From the NCBI RefSeq assembly GCF_009914755.1, contig NC_060927.1: a stretch of 64,000 nt of DNA; one strand, 5' to 3'. This document shows positions 1 through 15,435 of this stretch, in pieces (the first letter of the stretch is position 1; each line of letters opens with the position of its first letter). The translations under genes were made by a program, and so were the position numbers. This DNA comes from the human T2T-CHM13v2.0 reference genome, Homo sapiens. The notes beneath the pieces are model-generated. The model did not search any database, was not told the origin of the DNA, and saw only the letters and a list, made by a program, of their open reading frames with translations.

Positions 1-1130
1 AGCACACTCTTTTCAATAAATAGTGCTGAGAAAATAGGATTGCCATATACAGATGTGTAAAACTGGACTCCTATCTCTCAGCATATGCAAAAATCAACTA
101 AAGATAAAGACTTACTTGTAAGCTTTTGACTAATAAATTTAACTATAAAAACACTAGAAGGGAATCTGGAGAAAACTCTTCTGGACATCAGTCTAGGCAA
201 AGAATTCATGACTAATACTTCAAAAGCACAAGTAACAAAAACAAAAATAAGCAAATGGGTCTTAATCAAACTAAAAAGCTTCTGTACAGCCAAAGAAATA
301 ATCAACAGAGTGAACAAAAAATCTGCAGAATGGAAGAAAATATTTGTAAACTGCACATCTGAATAAGGACTGATATCCAGAGTTTACAAGGAACTTGATC
401 AACTCAATAACAACAAAAATAATTCCATTAAAAAGCAGGCAAAGACATTAAGATACATTCAATAAAAGTCATACAGATGACCAACAAGCATATGAAAAAA
501 ATGATTAACCTTGCTAATCATCAGAGAAATGCAAATCAAAGCCACAATGAGATATCATCTTACACCAGTCAGAATGGCTATTATTAAAAATACAAAAAGT
601 AAATTTTGGCAAGGATGTTGAGAAAAGGGAACACTTATTCACAGTTGGCAGGAATGTAAATAGTACAACTGCTATGGAAAACAACTGCTATGGAGATTTC
701 TTAAAGGACTAAAAATAGAACTACCATTTTATCCAGCAATTCCACTTTGGGTATCTACCCAAACGAAAAGAAATCATTACATCAAAAAGACACTCATACT
801 CATATGCTTATTGCAGCACTATTCACAACAGCAAAGATACTGGCTAAAGAAAATGCAATATATATATATGCGCACAATAGAATGCTATTGAGCATAAACA
901 AGAATGAAATTATATCTTTTGCAACTACATGGATAGAAATGGAGGCCATTATCTTAAGTGAAACAACTCAGACAAAGAAAGTCAAATACCACATGTTCTT
1001 ATTTATAAGTGAGAGCTAAATAATGTGGATACGTGGACACACACTAAAAGCCCTGACATCACCACTACACAATATATTCATGTAACAAAATCATACTTGT
1101 ACCCCATAAATTTACACACATAAAGTAAAA
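1..1130 (+). mobile_element. L1 (L1PB/L1MA-type) ORF2 3' end and 3'UTR, degenerate
   Basis: L1 ORF2 motifs AGAGAAATGCAAATCAAA, CCAGTCAGAATGGCTATTATTAAAAA and CCAGCAATTCCACT; 3'UTR end CATGTAACAAAA..GTACCCCATAAAT; ORF 747-1019 resembles the ORF2 C-terminus. Confidence 0.9.
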
Positions 1131-2069
1131 TAGAATAGGAAACATCAAAGTACAAATTGCTCATTTTATCCATTCAATTAATGTGCTCCTTTCTAGATGA
1201 CACCATCTTTTAAGTTGTATAATTATCAAAGCAAATTGAAGTACATTTTGTTCATGCAGGATATTTGATTTTTAATACAATTTACATTGGATGAGAATTA
1301 TATACACCATATACAATGAAGATAAAAGTTTGTAATATATATTATCCTGACTTTTCAGTTAACCAGAAAACATGCTGATACAACTTAGTATGAAAGGGCT
1401 CTAAATAACAGGACCTTACAATAGAATGGAGTCTCTACCCATTGCCCAATTTCTTTGCTCCGGATTTCAAGTCTTTTTACTTGTTTTTACTTGTTTGTGA
1501 TTCTTCCTTGAATAAGAGGGATAGACAAAAAATGATATGCTTAATAATGGAGGCAGGGCTTAATCTCAGTTTGGAATAAGGAGAACATATAAGAAGGAGA
1601 ATCCACAAGAAAAAAAAAAGAGAAAGAGAATAGGTTCAGAATTTCTGGAAAAGACATGAACTATTCTAGTCAACATAAATGAATTAGAATACTTTAATAC
1701 TTTTTCCAAGGACAAGAAAATTAGGAATGAGTTGACTCTGCTGCATACAGGAGTTGACGAGATAGGAGATGGGGAAAGGATAACTTTATTTATCAAAGAG
1801 AGGGGAAAAGCAAGCCTAGCAATGGGGTCCCTATCAATGGGGCCAAGTAATTATGGCCAAGAACAAGAGGAAGTGAGATTAGATTGACTTTAGAGAAAGA
1901 AGGGAATGAGATCTTGCAGGGCCTCTTCTATCAAGATTCAGACTTCTCTGTGAGCTAGGAAGTCATAGGTGCTGCAAAAGTGATGTGATTTATCTACATT
2001 TCTAAAAGAAAAATTCTAACTGTTGGTGTGAGAATAAGTTGTTTAAAAGATAAAATTATAAGACCATGA

Positions 2070-2480
<411 letters not shown>

Positions 2481-2597
2481 TAAAGCTATCCTCATATGGA
2501 CTGATAACATGAGCTGTCCTTGGGATGCACCTACAGACATGCTCTAAAGCTATTACTGCTTGCCTAAGGCCTGCTCAATGACTATTAGATTGAATTG

Positions 2598-2695
2598 GGA
2601 AGGGAGGGAAGAAGGAAGGAAGGAAGGAAGAAAGGAAGGAAGGAACTAATGAAGAAAGAAAAAATGACAAAGCGAGGGAAAAAGAAACGGGAACA
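2598..2695 (+). repeat. GGAA microsatellite / purine-rich low complexity
   Basis: (GGAA)4 GAAA (GGAA)3 at 2614-2645. Confidence 0.9.
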
Positions 2696-3197
2696 TGTGG
2701 TAGTTGCCGATTAGTTCATCAATTACACAGAAAAATATATAAAATATGAGAAAATATAAGAAATATTTATTTTATACCATTTATAATAGTTAAACCCATT
2801 TAACCATTTAAATTTTCTTTAAATTTTAGCTCAATATTATTAAATGTTAAAAATAAAGTTTTATTTACATTTAACTCTACTTTGCAAATGGTCAAAAATA
2901 TTTATTTGATTTTTAGTCAATGGAAGTTATACCTTTTATAGTAGTAGTGAATTAAGACTTGATAATTGAAGTGACTCATTTCCTTAAGAAATGAGGAACA
3001 GATGGCGATCTATCAGCTTGTTTCCCCTCCACCCAAGATATAGACATGGCTTCTGTTCAAGAAGAGCTGGCAACAATGTCTCCAAATGTAGGGTGACTGG
3101 TCATGAGGCCAGCCAGAGACCCAAGAGTGAACCCTATGTTCTTAGGGAGAGGTGCTGCAACAGACTCTGGGCCAGAGCTGGCGGGAGCATGTTATCT

Positions 3198-3520
3198 CAG
3201 GTGTATCTGTTTCATAGACTCACCACCCATCAAATCAGAATCTGATCTGCCTCAGGAACAAACCCTGTCATTCACCATAGGCTTCCACAGGTTCATTAAG
3301 TGGTGTGTGCCCTTCTCCTTCAAAATTGTAGGATGGTACCCCACAGAACCATCTTACCTCACTACATTCATAGGATCATTACTTTCATTCTTGATTCAGG
3401 CTCTTCCTTAGCCACAGCAGACCACCTGAAGTCTCTCCAGCTGCAGCTTCACTGGAAAGGTCCCAAGTCTGCACCCAACTAGTAAGCCAGCAGTCCCAGA
3501 AACAGCAACAGGAGGAGGCC
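3198..3520 (-). pseudogene. SUMO2 processed pseudogene (5'UTR plus about three-quarters of the CDS, decayed)
   Basis: Minus strand translates HTPLNEPVEAYGE*QGLFLRQIRF*FDGW*VYETDTP versus SUMO2 [37 protein letters not shown]. Upstream GATGGTTCTGTGG (DGSV); start codon ATG>GTG at 3415; GGGTGCAGACTTGGGACCTTTCCAGTGAAGCTGCAGCTGGAGAGACT resembles the SUMO2 5'UTR. Intronless, with CGA>TGA stops. Confidence 0.9.
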
Positions 3521-4404
3521 ACAGAGCTTTACTCAGTGTTTTTATCACCATTTTTAAAACAACAGCTGCAGCAACAACTATTGCTTCTGATAGTGATATG
3601 AATAATAATTGTACTTACAATGATGATAAATTACAAGAATTATAACTGTTGACATTTAGTTTATATATAGATTTAGTATTTATAATGTTCTACAATTTAC
3701 TTTCAGTAACATATATATGTTAATTTGCCATAAACATCAGGACCCCAAAACACTTCACCTGATGAATGAATCTCACCTGTGGACCCATGACTACCCAACA
3801 GCCAGTGCAACCCTTTTGCCACTCCATCCCCAGGCCTAGGATATGGGCAACCTTCTGAGATGATGTCATAGCCTGACATGCACATGATCTGTTGAGATCT
3901 TAGATCTTAGAGCTCTGCTCTGGTAAAATCAAAGGACAACTTGAAGACACTCTCAGCTGTTCAGCTAAACTGCAGAAGGAGGAAATGTTTTTTCAACAGA
4001 TCTATATTTATGTCACTTGCTTTCAGAGTATGAGGTTGTTTCAGGCACAGTATTTTGATTTAGTCTGTGTTGAAAATCATAAATAGCCTACAAATACCAA
4101 AAAGGAATGAAAAGAATTTGCCGACATGTGGAGTGCATTATACATGTTTTCAAATTTCTCCTGTGGTGAGAAATGAAAAATATAATGTTAGGTCTTGATT
4201 TTCTAAACTCAGTGCTCTGCCATTTCCCCAGATTATTCCAAGTCCTTGCAAGACACTTCAGAAGCCTTCTCAGGAGGGGATTATTCCCAGTGCTGAAGAG
4301 TACTAGATGGACAAGAACCTCACAGGAATCCGGCTTCCATTGTGGAAGTGTCACTCTCCAGGACCTTGCAGGACTAGGGGAGCTGTGTGAGTCATGTGGT
4401 CTAT

Positions 4405-4520
4405 GGAGGTACCCAGACTTTGGAGTCAGGGAGATTTAATCCTGAGTCCCAGCCCAGCCACTTAGTGGATGTGGGGCTTTGGACAAATTCCTTGACCTAG
4501 AATGGTCATGTAAAGTATCT
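4405..4520 (+). mobile_element. MIR fragment
   Basis: CAGACTTTGGAGTCAG...CCTGAGTCCCAGCCCAGCCACTTAGT...TTGGACAAATTCCTTGACCT core. Confidence 0.7.
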
Positions 4521-4534
4521 GAAAGAAAATACAT

Positions 4535-5032
4535 AATGATATTGATTGCAAAAACAGCAGCAGTTCTTCATTCCTCCTTGTATACATACATGTCCTTAGC
4601 CACGTAGTTTTATAGCTCCCCCCAGTACAGAATTTGTTTCCCAAAACTTCAATCTCATTGGCCTTATTTGCTCTGGCCAATAGAAAGCTATGAATATGAC
4701 AGTGTACCAGTTTGGGATCTAGAGACAAAAGTTGTTCAATGTGTCTGCTTTTTCTTTCAGAACTCTGCCATCTCCACAGGAACAAACCAATGTTAACCTG
4801 CTGGAGCATTAGATACCATGGGGAGGAAAACCAAAGCACCTCAGTTGACAGCCAGCTCACCACTAGAAGCAGAGCTACCTATTCAACTGGCAGCCAACCA
4901 CATATGCCTGAAGGAGCCTAGCTGGGACCAGAAGAATGGCCCAGCTGAGCCCAGCCGAAATAGCTGGCCAGCTCAGTCATGAACTAATAAATTTTGGGGT
5001 GTTTGTTTATGCAGTAACAGCTAACTAATATG
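4535..5032 (+). mobile_element. MaLR LTR (MLT1G/H-like)
   Basis: Start TGATTGCAAAAA; CCCAGCTGAGCCCAGCC; end TTTTGGGGTGTTTGTTTATGCAGTAACAGCTAACTAATA. Confidence 0.75.
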
Positions 5033-5631
5033 TATACCCAGTGCAGATAGGATGTCAAGATTGAATGACAGACTGATTACTGTTTACCTGGTAAACAGAA
5101 GGCACCCTGTAGGTACTGATATTCTTCCCCCTTTTTTAAGGTTGTATCTCTTGTCAGATGTTGTTGAGTTATACAGAAATGCATGTAGACATGTATGCAT
5201 GGGATGTGCTTAACCTCACATGGTCCCCATGCCACAGAAAGAACCACAGTGTGACCATTAGGACCAGGGTCAAATTACAAAATAACAAGTTTGCCTTTAA
5301 CCTATTTCCTCCCCATCTAAATTCCAGAGGTCAAGGCTGTGGATAAATCTGAAGACCTGGGCTCCCTTCTCTGGGGCCTTATGTCGTTTGTTCACTGTCT
5401 GAACTTTGGAAGGGGGGATAGGTCACCCTGAAGCATTAGGTGGGAGAAAATGTTCTACCTGTGGACACTTCCTGCTTGCATCTCCCTTCTCTTTCTCTCT
5501 CTGCCCACTGTCTCTCCCACCCTTGGACCTGAGGATAGATATTGGCTGGAAGAGGGTGTTCCCTTCTTTCCTCTGGCAGAAAAGGGAAATTATGCCCTTC
5601 ATGTCCCTGAAGTCAGAAGAGTCAGAGCCCC

Positions 5632-5845
5632 CAGAGCTGCACTTCAGTGTGGCAACCGCTGGCTACATGGGGCTACTGAGCACCTGCAATGTGGCTGGTC
5701 TGCATTTGTGAAGTGGTAGAAGCTTCAAATACAGAGTGACGTTGAAAGATTTAGTACCAAAAAACCCTTTATTAATAATATTACATCAATTCCATATTTA
5801 CATAACATTTCGGATACATTGGGTTAAAGTATTAGAATTTTTTAA
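5632..5845. mobile_element. MER33/MER3-type hAT-Charlie DNA transposon fragment
   Basis: GGCAACCGCTGGCTACATGGGGCTACTGAGCACCTGCAATGTGGCTGGT...AAAGATTTAGTAC...TTTCGGATACATTGGGTTAAA. Confidence 0.7.
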
Positions 5846-7654
5846 AAAAGAAATGAGAAACAAAAGAGTGAGTACTGGTTTTACATAGAGGTATGATCCT
5901 TCATATATTGAGCTGGGTTTTGTAGCATAACTGATGGCAAACTGATAAAGCCACACTGCGTTATTCCTGTAGATGCCCTGAGTAATGAAGGATTTAAATC
6001 ATCAACACTTAGACGGCACTTACAACTCCTTGAAAGATAGCTTGTCCATATATAATTTCATTGGTTGGCAATGTCTTAACTTTTTAAAAAATGCTGCTCA
6101 ACTGTGACCTGGCTTCATGTGCTCAATTATATTTAGAAGCAAAATCAAGTTGAAATCATGGTAACCAAACCCCACTTGCTCTGAAATTTTCGCCAAAAGT
6201 CGTTATCTACTGTCGTCATGATCCCCTGCCTAATCTGACCTTCATAGTTTACTCTTTCAGGGTTCTTAATATCACTTGGTTGTATAAACTTATAAGCTTA
6301 TTTAAAGATACACTGATGCCTTATGAAAATGTGGTTTTCTGAAAGTACTTCATCTATTTTAATGATAAGAATATAATCTAGGGCCAAAGATAATTAAAGA
6401 TTAACGAGACTCTTCCTCCATGTCTTTGCTTCAACTCCTTTCATCATGCGAGTTGTTTCCATGGGGATTTTTCTATTTGTCCCTCTTAAACATGCCATGT
6501 AGTAATTTTTGCAACCAAATTTTAATGAAAATTGTGCAGTGTAAATTTAGAAAAAAAGGAAGGAGGAAATAGAGGAAAGAAGACGGGGTGAGGAGAGTGA
6601 GCTAGAGAATTTGAAGAGAAATTTAAATACTGATAATGTTTTGGTGAGAATGGTATACATTATTATGCTTATTCTCTGAAATATTTATCTGGAAAGTATA
6701 CTATTTCTTATTCAACTATTAGAGACAAAATGTACAACTTTGTGTGTTTTCTAAAGATATCTGTTTAATATATACAAGACCAACCAAATTCTAACTATTA
6801 ATAATTGGCTTAAATGCATTTCTAAAATGTGTAAGTATGTATTTGAACCTGTTGGCATTTATTTCAGTAAAAACCTTAAGAAATTTCAGGTGCATCAGCC
6901 ATTCACCTAAATTTGTAGTTCTGGAATAGCTGTTGGGTTTTCTAACATGTTTTCTTATATTATTCCTAAATAACTTATAATTTTTCCATTGACTATTTCA
7001 CCATCTATCTATCTTGCAGCAGAGAAATTTTTGTAGACTAAAAGCTTTTAGTAAACGGCCAAAAAAGTTTCACCACTGCTCTGTTGCTATTGAGGCAGGA
7101 TGTGAATAGGCTTTCTCTTAAAGGTTCGGTTGGAAACCCACAATCTCAAATTCCATTTATTACAGGCAATCAGTGTGTCCTTTGCTGCCACTCTGCATCG
7201 TCTGCTCAATCAGGGCATTGGTTGATAGCAGCAGGCAGCAAAGCTGCCCAGGCTTAAGCCGATAGCAAGAAAATGAAATGAAGTGTTCGTGGCAATTATC
7301 AGAACAAGCCAGGATTACGGGAAAAAATACAGCCAGAATGAAAAGATAAACATTTCTTTGATTTGAAATACCTAGCCAATTAAAGCTAAAATTGCAGGTA
7401 GGTTTTTGTTTGATTGTTTTAGTTTTGCTCTGAAATATTCAGAATATTGACTCAATATTCATGTTCATTTTATTAGTGAAGATTTACATTTGTATAATAA
7501 TATGATGGGAAATGAAGTTTTGTGCTACATTTGAATTTTAAGGAAGCGTAAAGTGACCAAACAGTGGACAACAACATTCCGTATATAAGAGCATTTGAGT
7601 AGTTAAAAAAAAATCATTAAAAGATAGTCTGTATTCACTGCACACCCTAGGGCA

Positions 7655-7880
7655 GCAATATGACATTGTGCTAAGTATTCAAAGTTGAAGCAAGGAGTCC
7701 TGTATTCTGATTCTGGATCTGGCACTTGCAAAACTCATACGATCACTGATAAATCATGATATATATTTTAACCTTAGCTTTTACATCTTGAAAATGAGAC
7801 TTAAAAATGAATACTACCCTATTTACCTTACACAGTAGTGAGAAGATTGAATGATAAAATGTGAGTGAAAGACACTAATA
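7655..7880 (+). mobile_element. MIR
   Basis: AACCTTAGCTTTTACATCTTGAAAATGAG...TACCTTACACAGTAGTGAGAAGATTGAATGATAAAATGTGAGTGAAAG. Confidence 0.65.
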
Positions 7881-8162
7881 TATTTTAAGATTCCACACAC
7901 ACTATGGTAAACTCTAAGGTATAAATCCTTTTCATATGCCATCTTTACTATCCATAGTAAAACTCATAGAGCAAATCACTACCTACAAACATAATTTTGG
8001 AAAGAAACATTGTAACTACCTAACTATAATATAAAGATTAAGTAAAAGTAAAATAATTAAATAATATATGTTTCAGTACATAAATGTTAGAAAACAACAT
8101 TTCTAGAAGACGTTATAAATGAACCATATATGTATACAACTCTGTGTAAGATTACTGAGAAA

Positions 8163-8460
<298 letters not shown>

Positions 8461-8661
8461 AGATTACTGAAAAAATTATAGCTACAAATGCAGACTGACA
8501 CAGCGAGGTTGTATAGGTTATTCCAAAATCACAGGCAGTGCTGTTTGCATTGATGTGATTTTATAAAATGATGAAAGATCCTTGCAAACTTTTAAACCAA
8601 GAAAATATAGCCCTCTCTTTATTTGCAAGTGTTCAGCATTCCTAAAAAATTCCACATCCAT

Positions 8662-8793
8662 CAAATGGAATAAAAATAAGTTGAATTTATTTGTAATGTA
8701 ACATAAGTCTCTAGACTAAAATGTAACATAACAAATGGTATAAAAATAAGTTAACTTTGTTTGTAACGTAACATAAGTCTCTAGGCTAAAATG
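8662..8793. repeat. Imperfect tandem duplication, period 70 bp
   Basis: CAAATGG(A/T)ATAAAAATAAGTT...GTAACATAAGTCTCTAG(A/G)CTAAAATG at 8662 and 8732. Confidence 0.9.
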
Positions 8794-9689
8794 GTTTTAA
8801 ACAGGCTTTTCATTACATAAAAATTTGGTGGGACATTCCAAATTTGTTCAGGGTATGACATAATTCAGTATTGTGCAGGTATATTGAAAATATTGTAGGT
8901 TGTCTAATATATCTGACCACCACCGAGTGAAGGCCAATATTCAATCATTTGATAATCAAAAACATACTTATTTTGCAAACGCTTCCTCTAGATATAACCA
9001 CTGTCATTGAAAATTATGGGTCTTTAGAACAATAAAAATATCCAAATTACTGTTTTCCCCAATAATAAGTCTAATATATAGAAACCTATCAATCATGTTT
9101 TTATAATGATAGATGGTTCATTTTACTCCACATTTGACTGAAATGCCAATTAAATGCATGTGGAAAATTCATTAAATCTTCTTTTTATTTTTGGCCATCA
9201 ACCATCATAAACTCCCAGTTTTATAGAATCATCCAACTCTGTAGTACCTCAGATTCTTTAGATTCAATTTGTTCTATATGTAATTCACTATTCTCACAAA
9301 TTCTTCTTGTATAATTATTATATGATGTATGTCAGTGAATGTACCTTCCCTGACCCTGCATTCTCTGGTATTCCTGTTTCTAATCAACACCTGTTAATTC
9401 AGTAACTTTACTACTGTTTATATTAGAACTATCCTCTCCATGTCCATTTAGACTGTACATGTTCAGGTTCTCACCATTCTTCAAATACACTTTTGCAACA
9501 GTTTCTTCCTAAATGGTGATTGTTTCAAATATTTGTCTAAGAATGCCATTGTATTCTTTAATCTTTTCCATTTCAGGATAGAGTTAGTTTGTATTGCTAG
9601 GCATTCAAATGACTCCAAGATAGGTATTTTGTCCATACACTATATAGATATTTGGCAGGATTCCTCTTGCATTCTAATTCTTTTTGATA

Positions 9690-9785
9690 AAAGAAGGAAG
9701 AAGAGGAGGAGGAGGAGGGAGGAAGGAGGAGGGGGAAGGAGGAGGAGGAGGAAGAGAAAGAGAAGGAGAGGCAGCAGCAGCAGCT
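9690..9785 (+). repeat. (GAG)n/GA-rich low complexity followed by (CAG)n
   Basis: Visible directly in the sequence. Confidence 0.9.
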
Positions 9786-9931
9786 TACAATTCCTGACAT
9801 ACTTTTAGTTGGTTTATACTTCTGTACCTTTGCTCAAAATGCTGTTTATGTGAAAATTTCTACCCAAATCTATTTCTACTCTATTTTAGATTTGCCTGTA
9901 ATGAAGATCAATCCATCTTTCATAGCATAGA

Positions 9932-10274
9932 GGTCTTAGTCCATTCAGGTTGCCATCAAGAATACCATAGACTAGGTGGCTTATAAACAACAGAAATTTA
10001 TCTGTCACAGTTATGGAGGCTGGGAAGTCTAAAAACAGGGTGATGATAGTTTCAATATCTTGTGATGGCTGGGCACACTTTTTGGTTCACAGATGGCCAT
10101 CTTTTTGCTGTGTCCTCACATGGCTGAAGGGAAGAGGCAACTTTATGGGATACTTTTTATAAGGGCACTCATCTCATTCATGAAAACTCAACCTTTATGA
10201 CCTAGTCACCACCGAAAGGCCTCATCTCCAAACACTGTCACATTGGGAGTAGATTTTAACATACAAATTTGGGG

Positions 10275-10275
<1 letters not shown>
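9932..10275 (-). mobile_element. MLT1A/MLT1A0 LTR
   Basis: GTCTTAGTCCATTCAGGTTGC...ATAAACAACAGAAATTTAT...GGAGGCTGGGAAGTC...ATAAGGGCACT. Confidence 0.85.
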
Positions 10276-12858
<2,583 letters not shown>

Positions 12859-13719
12859 CTTTTTCACTCGTGAATTTTCTCTTTTGGTTTAACTTGTTAA
12901 AGACTAATCAATAATTATTTCTTACTCATCTCAATCAATTTTTTTAAATCTATTTTAACAACCTATAAAGTCTAACATAGTATGTAATTAGTAAATAGTT
13001 ATTAAAATATATAAATGAATTTAAGCTGGTATGATATAAGTTGGTAGGCCTTAAGATCTAGCAAAAGTATTTAGCTTTTTTTAAAAAATTTTTGCTAAAA
13101 AGTAAAGCGAGACTCACCAAGAAGCCAGAATGGTTTGCAGAGTATGTGCAGCTTCTCTAGGGTTTAAAATTTGACGGATGTCAATTGTATAATCTTAATA
13201 TTTCTTAAGAGTGATCTGATGACACTAAAATCTCTAAGAGCAAAAATGAGGTGTCTTTTCAATAAAGGTTGACACTTATTAAATAGCTTGGGTCCTATTT
13301 TTTTTTTTTTTTTGCTTAATCTGATTAAGTCATGCCTTGATAGTTCAGCAAAACCATTTTTTTATATTTAGCTTTTTAAAAAATCAAATAATTATTGTAT
13401 GTGAATACAGCTTCAGGGAAAACACAGCAATACATTTTTGAGACAAAAAGTTATCTTTGTACTATAGCTATTGTGACATAAAATGGGCTGTCAGGGTTTG
13501 CCAAGAGCACTGTAGAAGGGTGGTGAGTCTATCAAGTCAAGATTTCCTCAATTCTCACTTAATTAAAGTCACATCTCAAGTTATTTGCTTAATATTCATT
13601 GTGGTACTTTATGGAAACCAAAGAACTATTTTAGCTGCAATTTGTAACTATGTCAGATACATTACGTTTTCATGAAAAATAATTAAAATTTTTGTAAATT
13701 TGAAATTAACTAATTTAGA

Positions 13720-14322
13720 GGTGGATAGGCAGTAATCTTTTTATTCTTCATCATAAAGGGTTATGGCTGACATGCCTATAAGAAAAGATAAGTGCATGCA
13801 AGAAAAGCATAATAAATTTATTATGTGCACACATGTTCACGGAAGTCATACAAAACATGAAAATTCAAAGAAAGGACCAGATGGTTGATGCCTAAATACC
13901 CTCTTTATTGGAAGGGGATTTGAAGAGGGGGCCTGTAAATAAATGGACCTGAAGATTAGGCAATTGCTTGTAAATGATTCTCTTTGGAAATTGAATTGGG
14001 ACCTGAGAACATGTAATCATTTGGGACAAAGTTCATCTGGGCTTTAGGTTTGGTGTTTAATTTTCAACCTCTTTCTCTTTGATGTAAATTTTAATTTTAT
14101 CTAGTTTATGAAAGTTCATGGAAGGGATCAAAGACAATTGTGTTTCTCTTTAAAGTTCTGGTTTCTAGGTAGATAAGGGAACTTCAGAGTGGCCTTATCC
14201 TGTGTTTTAGGAGAGACAAAGGATTGAGAGACTTGCAGCGTGGTCAAAGAGACTTGAGGCTGTTTCTTTATTTCAGTCGGTCAAAGCGCAACATTGGGTG
14301 TATTGTTTTCTGAGTCCCAACA
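13720..14322 (-). mobile_element. ERV1 MER4-group solo LTR (MER39/MER34-related)
   Basis: Ends GTCAAAGCGC...GGGTGTATTGTTTTCTGAGTCCCAACA; internal AAGAAAAGCATAATAAATTTATT. Confidence 0.7.
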
Positions 14323-14464
14323 CTCTATATATTGTCATCATCTCTGAATGAGAGTGTATTAGGGTCAGTATTTGTTATAAACTTTCTTGAATTTAGACTG
14401 ATTTTTAAATTCTCTGTAAGAAAATTGGGCCTTTAAAATAACATGTTAGTCTTATTTGATTTGA

Positions 14465-14630
14465 CATATATGTTTAATTATATCCTAGATTATTAAGTAT
14501 ATATATTCATATATATTTATTTATAAGTATACATTTATTTATTATATTATATATATTTATGTACCATATACAGATATTATGTATATTATACATTTATGTA
14601 GTTGTGTTTATATATATATATATATATGCA
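14465..14630. repeat. AT-rich / (TA)n low complexity
   Basis: Visible directly in the sequence. Confidence 0.85.
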
Positions 14631-14850
14631 ACTATCCAGCTGCCTAGCTAGCTATAATTTTTGAGAATTCCCTGGACTTTAGAGAAAAGGATTACTAATT
14701 TGCTTATTATTTTAGTTAGACATATCAGTTTGAATTTTTTGAAACTTAGTACATGCACTAATTTAGTATTATAATTACATGAAAAAGAGGAGGAAGAGTG
14801 GGATGCAGAAAATGAGAAGGAGGAGAAAAGAAATAAGAAGGAAGAGAAAA

Positions 14851-15117
14851 CTTTGGGAGGCCAAAGCAGGTGGATCACCTGAGGTCGGGAGTTTGAGACC
14901 ATCCTGATCAATATGAAGAAACCCCCGTCTCTACTAAAACTACAAAATTAGCTGGGTGTGGTGGCATGTGCCTGTAATCCCATCGGCTTGGGAGGCTGAG
15001 GCAGGAGAATCACTTTAACCCTGGAGGTGCAGGTTGTGATGAGCCGAGATTGCGCTATTGCACTCCAGCCTGGGCAACAAGAGCGAAACTCTGTCTCAAA
15101 AAATAAATAAATAAATA
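14851..15117 (+). mobile_element. AluSp, 5'-truncated
   Basis: GAGGTCGGGAG...AATATGAAGAAACCCC and CAACAAGAGCGAAACT; (TAAA)n tail; TSD AAGGAAGAGAAA. Confidence 0.95.
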
Positions 15118-15374
15118 AGGAAGAGAAAGGGCAAATGCAGAAAAGAAATGTAAGAAAGGGTGGGTGTAAGGATGGAATGAACTTTAAAAGAGAAAGGAAT
15201 GGAAAATACAAAATACAAGGGAACAGGCTTGACTTGAATTGTTGCTACCTGAGAGTTCACTTTATCATTATTCACAAAACTGTATGTGTGTATTGGGAAA
15301 AAAAAAACAAAAAACAAAATACAAAAAAACAGAAAAACAGAAAGTATAAAAGACAAAGGGGAAGAGGAAAGAAT

Positions 15375-15435
15375 TGAGAAAAGATAATCTACTCAATAAG
15401 AGTTCTGAGAAAAGATAATCTACTCAATAAGAGTT
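15375..15435. repeat. Perfect 30-bp direct tandem duplication (period 31)
   Basis: TGAGAAAAGATAATCTACTCAATAAGAGTT at 15375-15404 and 15406-15435. Confidence 0.95.

Noticed and set aside
666-696. 16-bp-period duplication CAACTGCTATGGA in L1 (similar short duplication at ~43205-43258)
   Set aside because: Ordinary slippage in decayed L1 with no sign of function
2991-3482. Three overlapping plus-strand ORFs as a coding gene
   Set aside because: Largely antisense to the SUMO2 pseudogene, with no recognisable protein similarity
9533-9808. ORF with Arg/Gly/Ser-rich tail resembling an NLS or protamine
   Set aside because: It is the translation of a GA-rich low-complexity tract; non-ATG start and no other coding evidence
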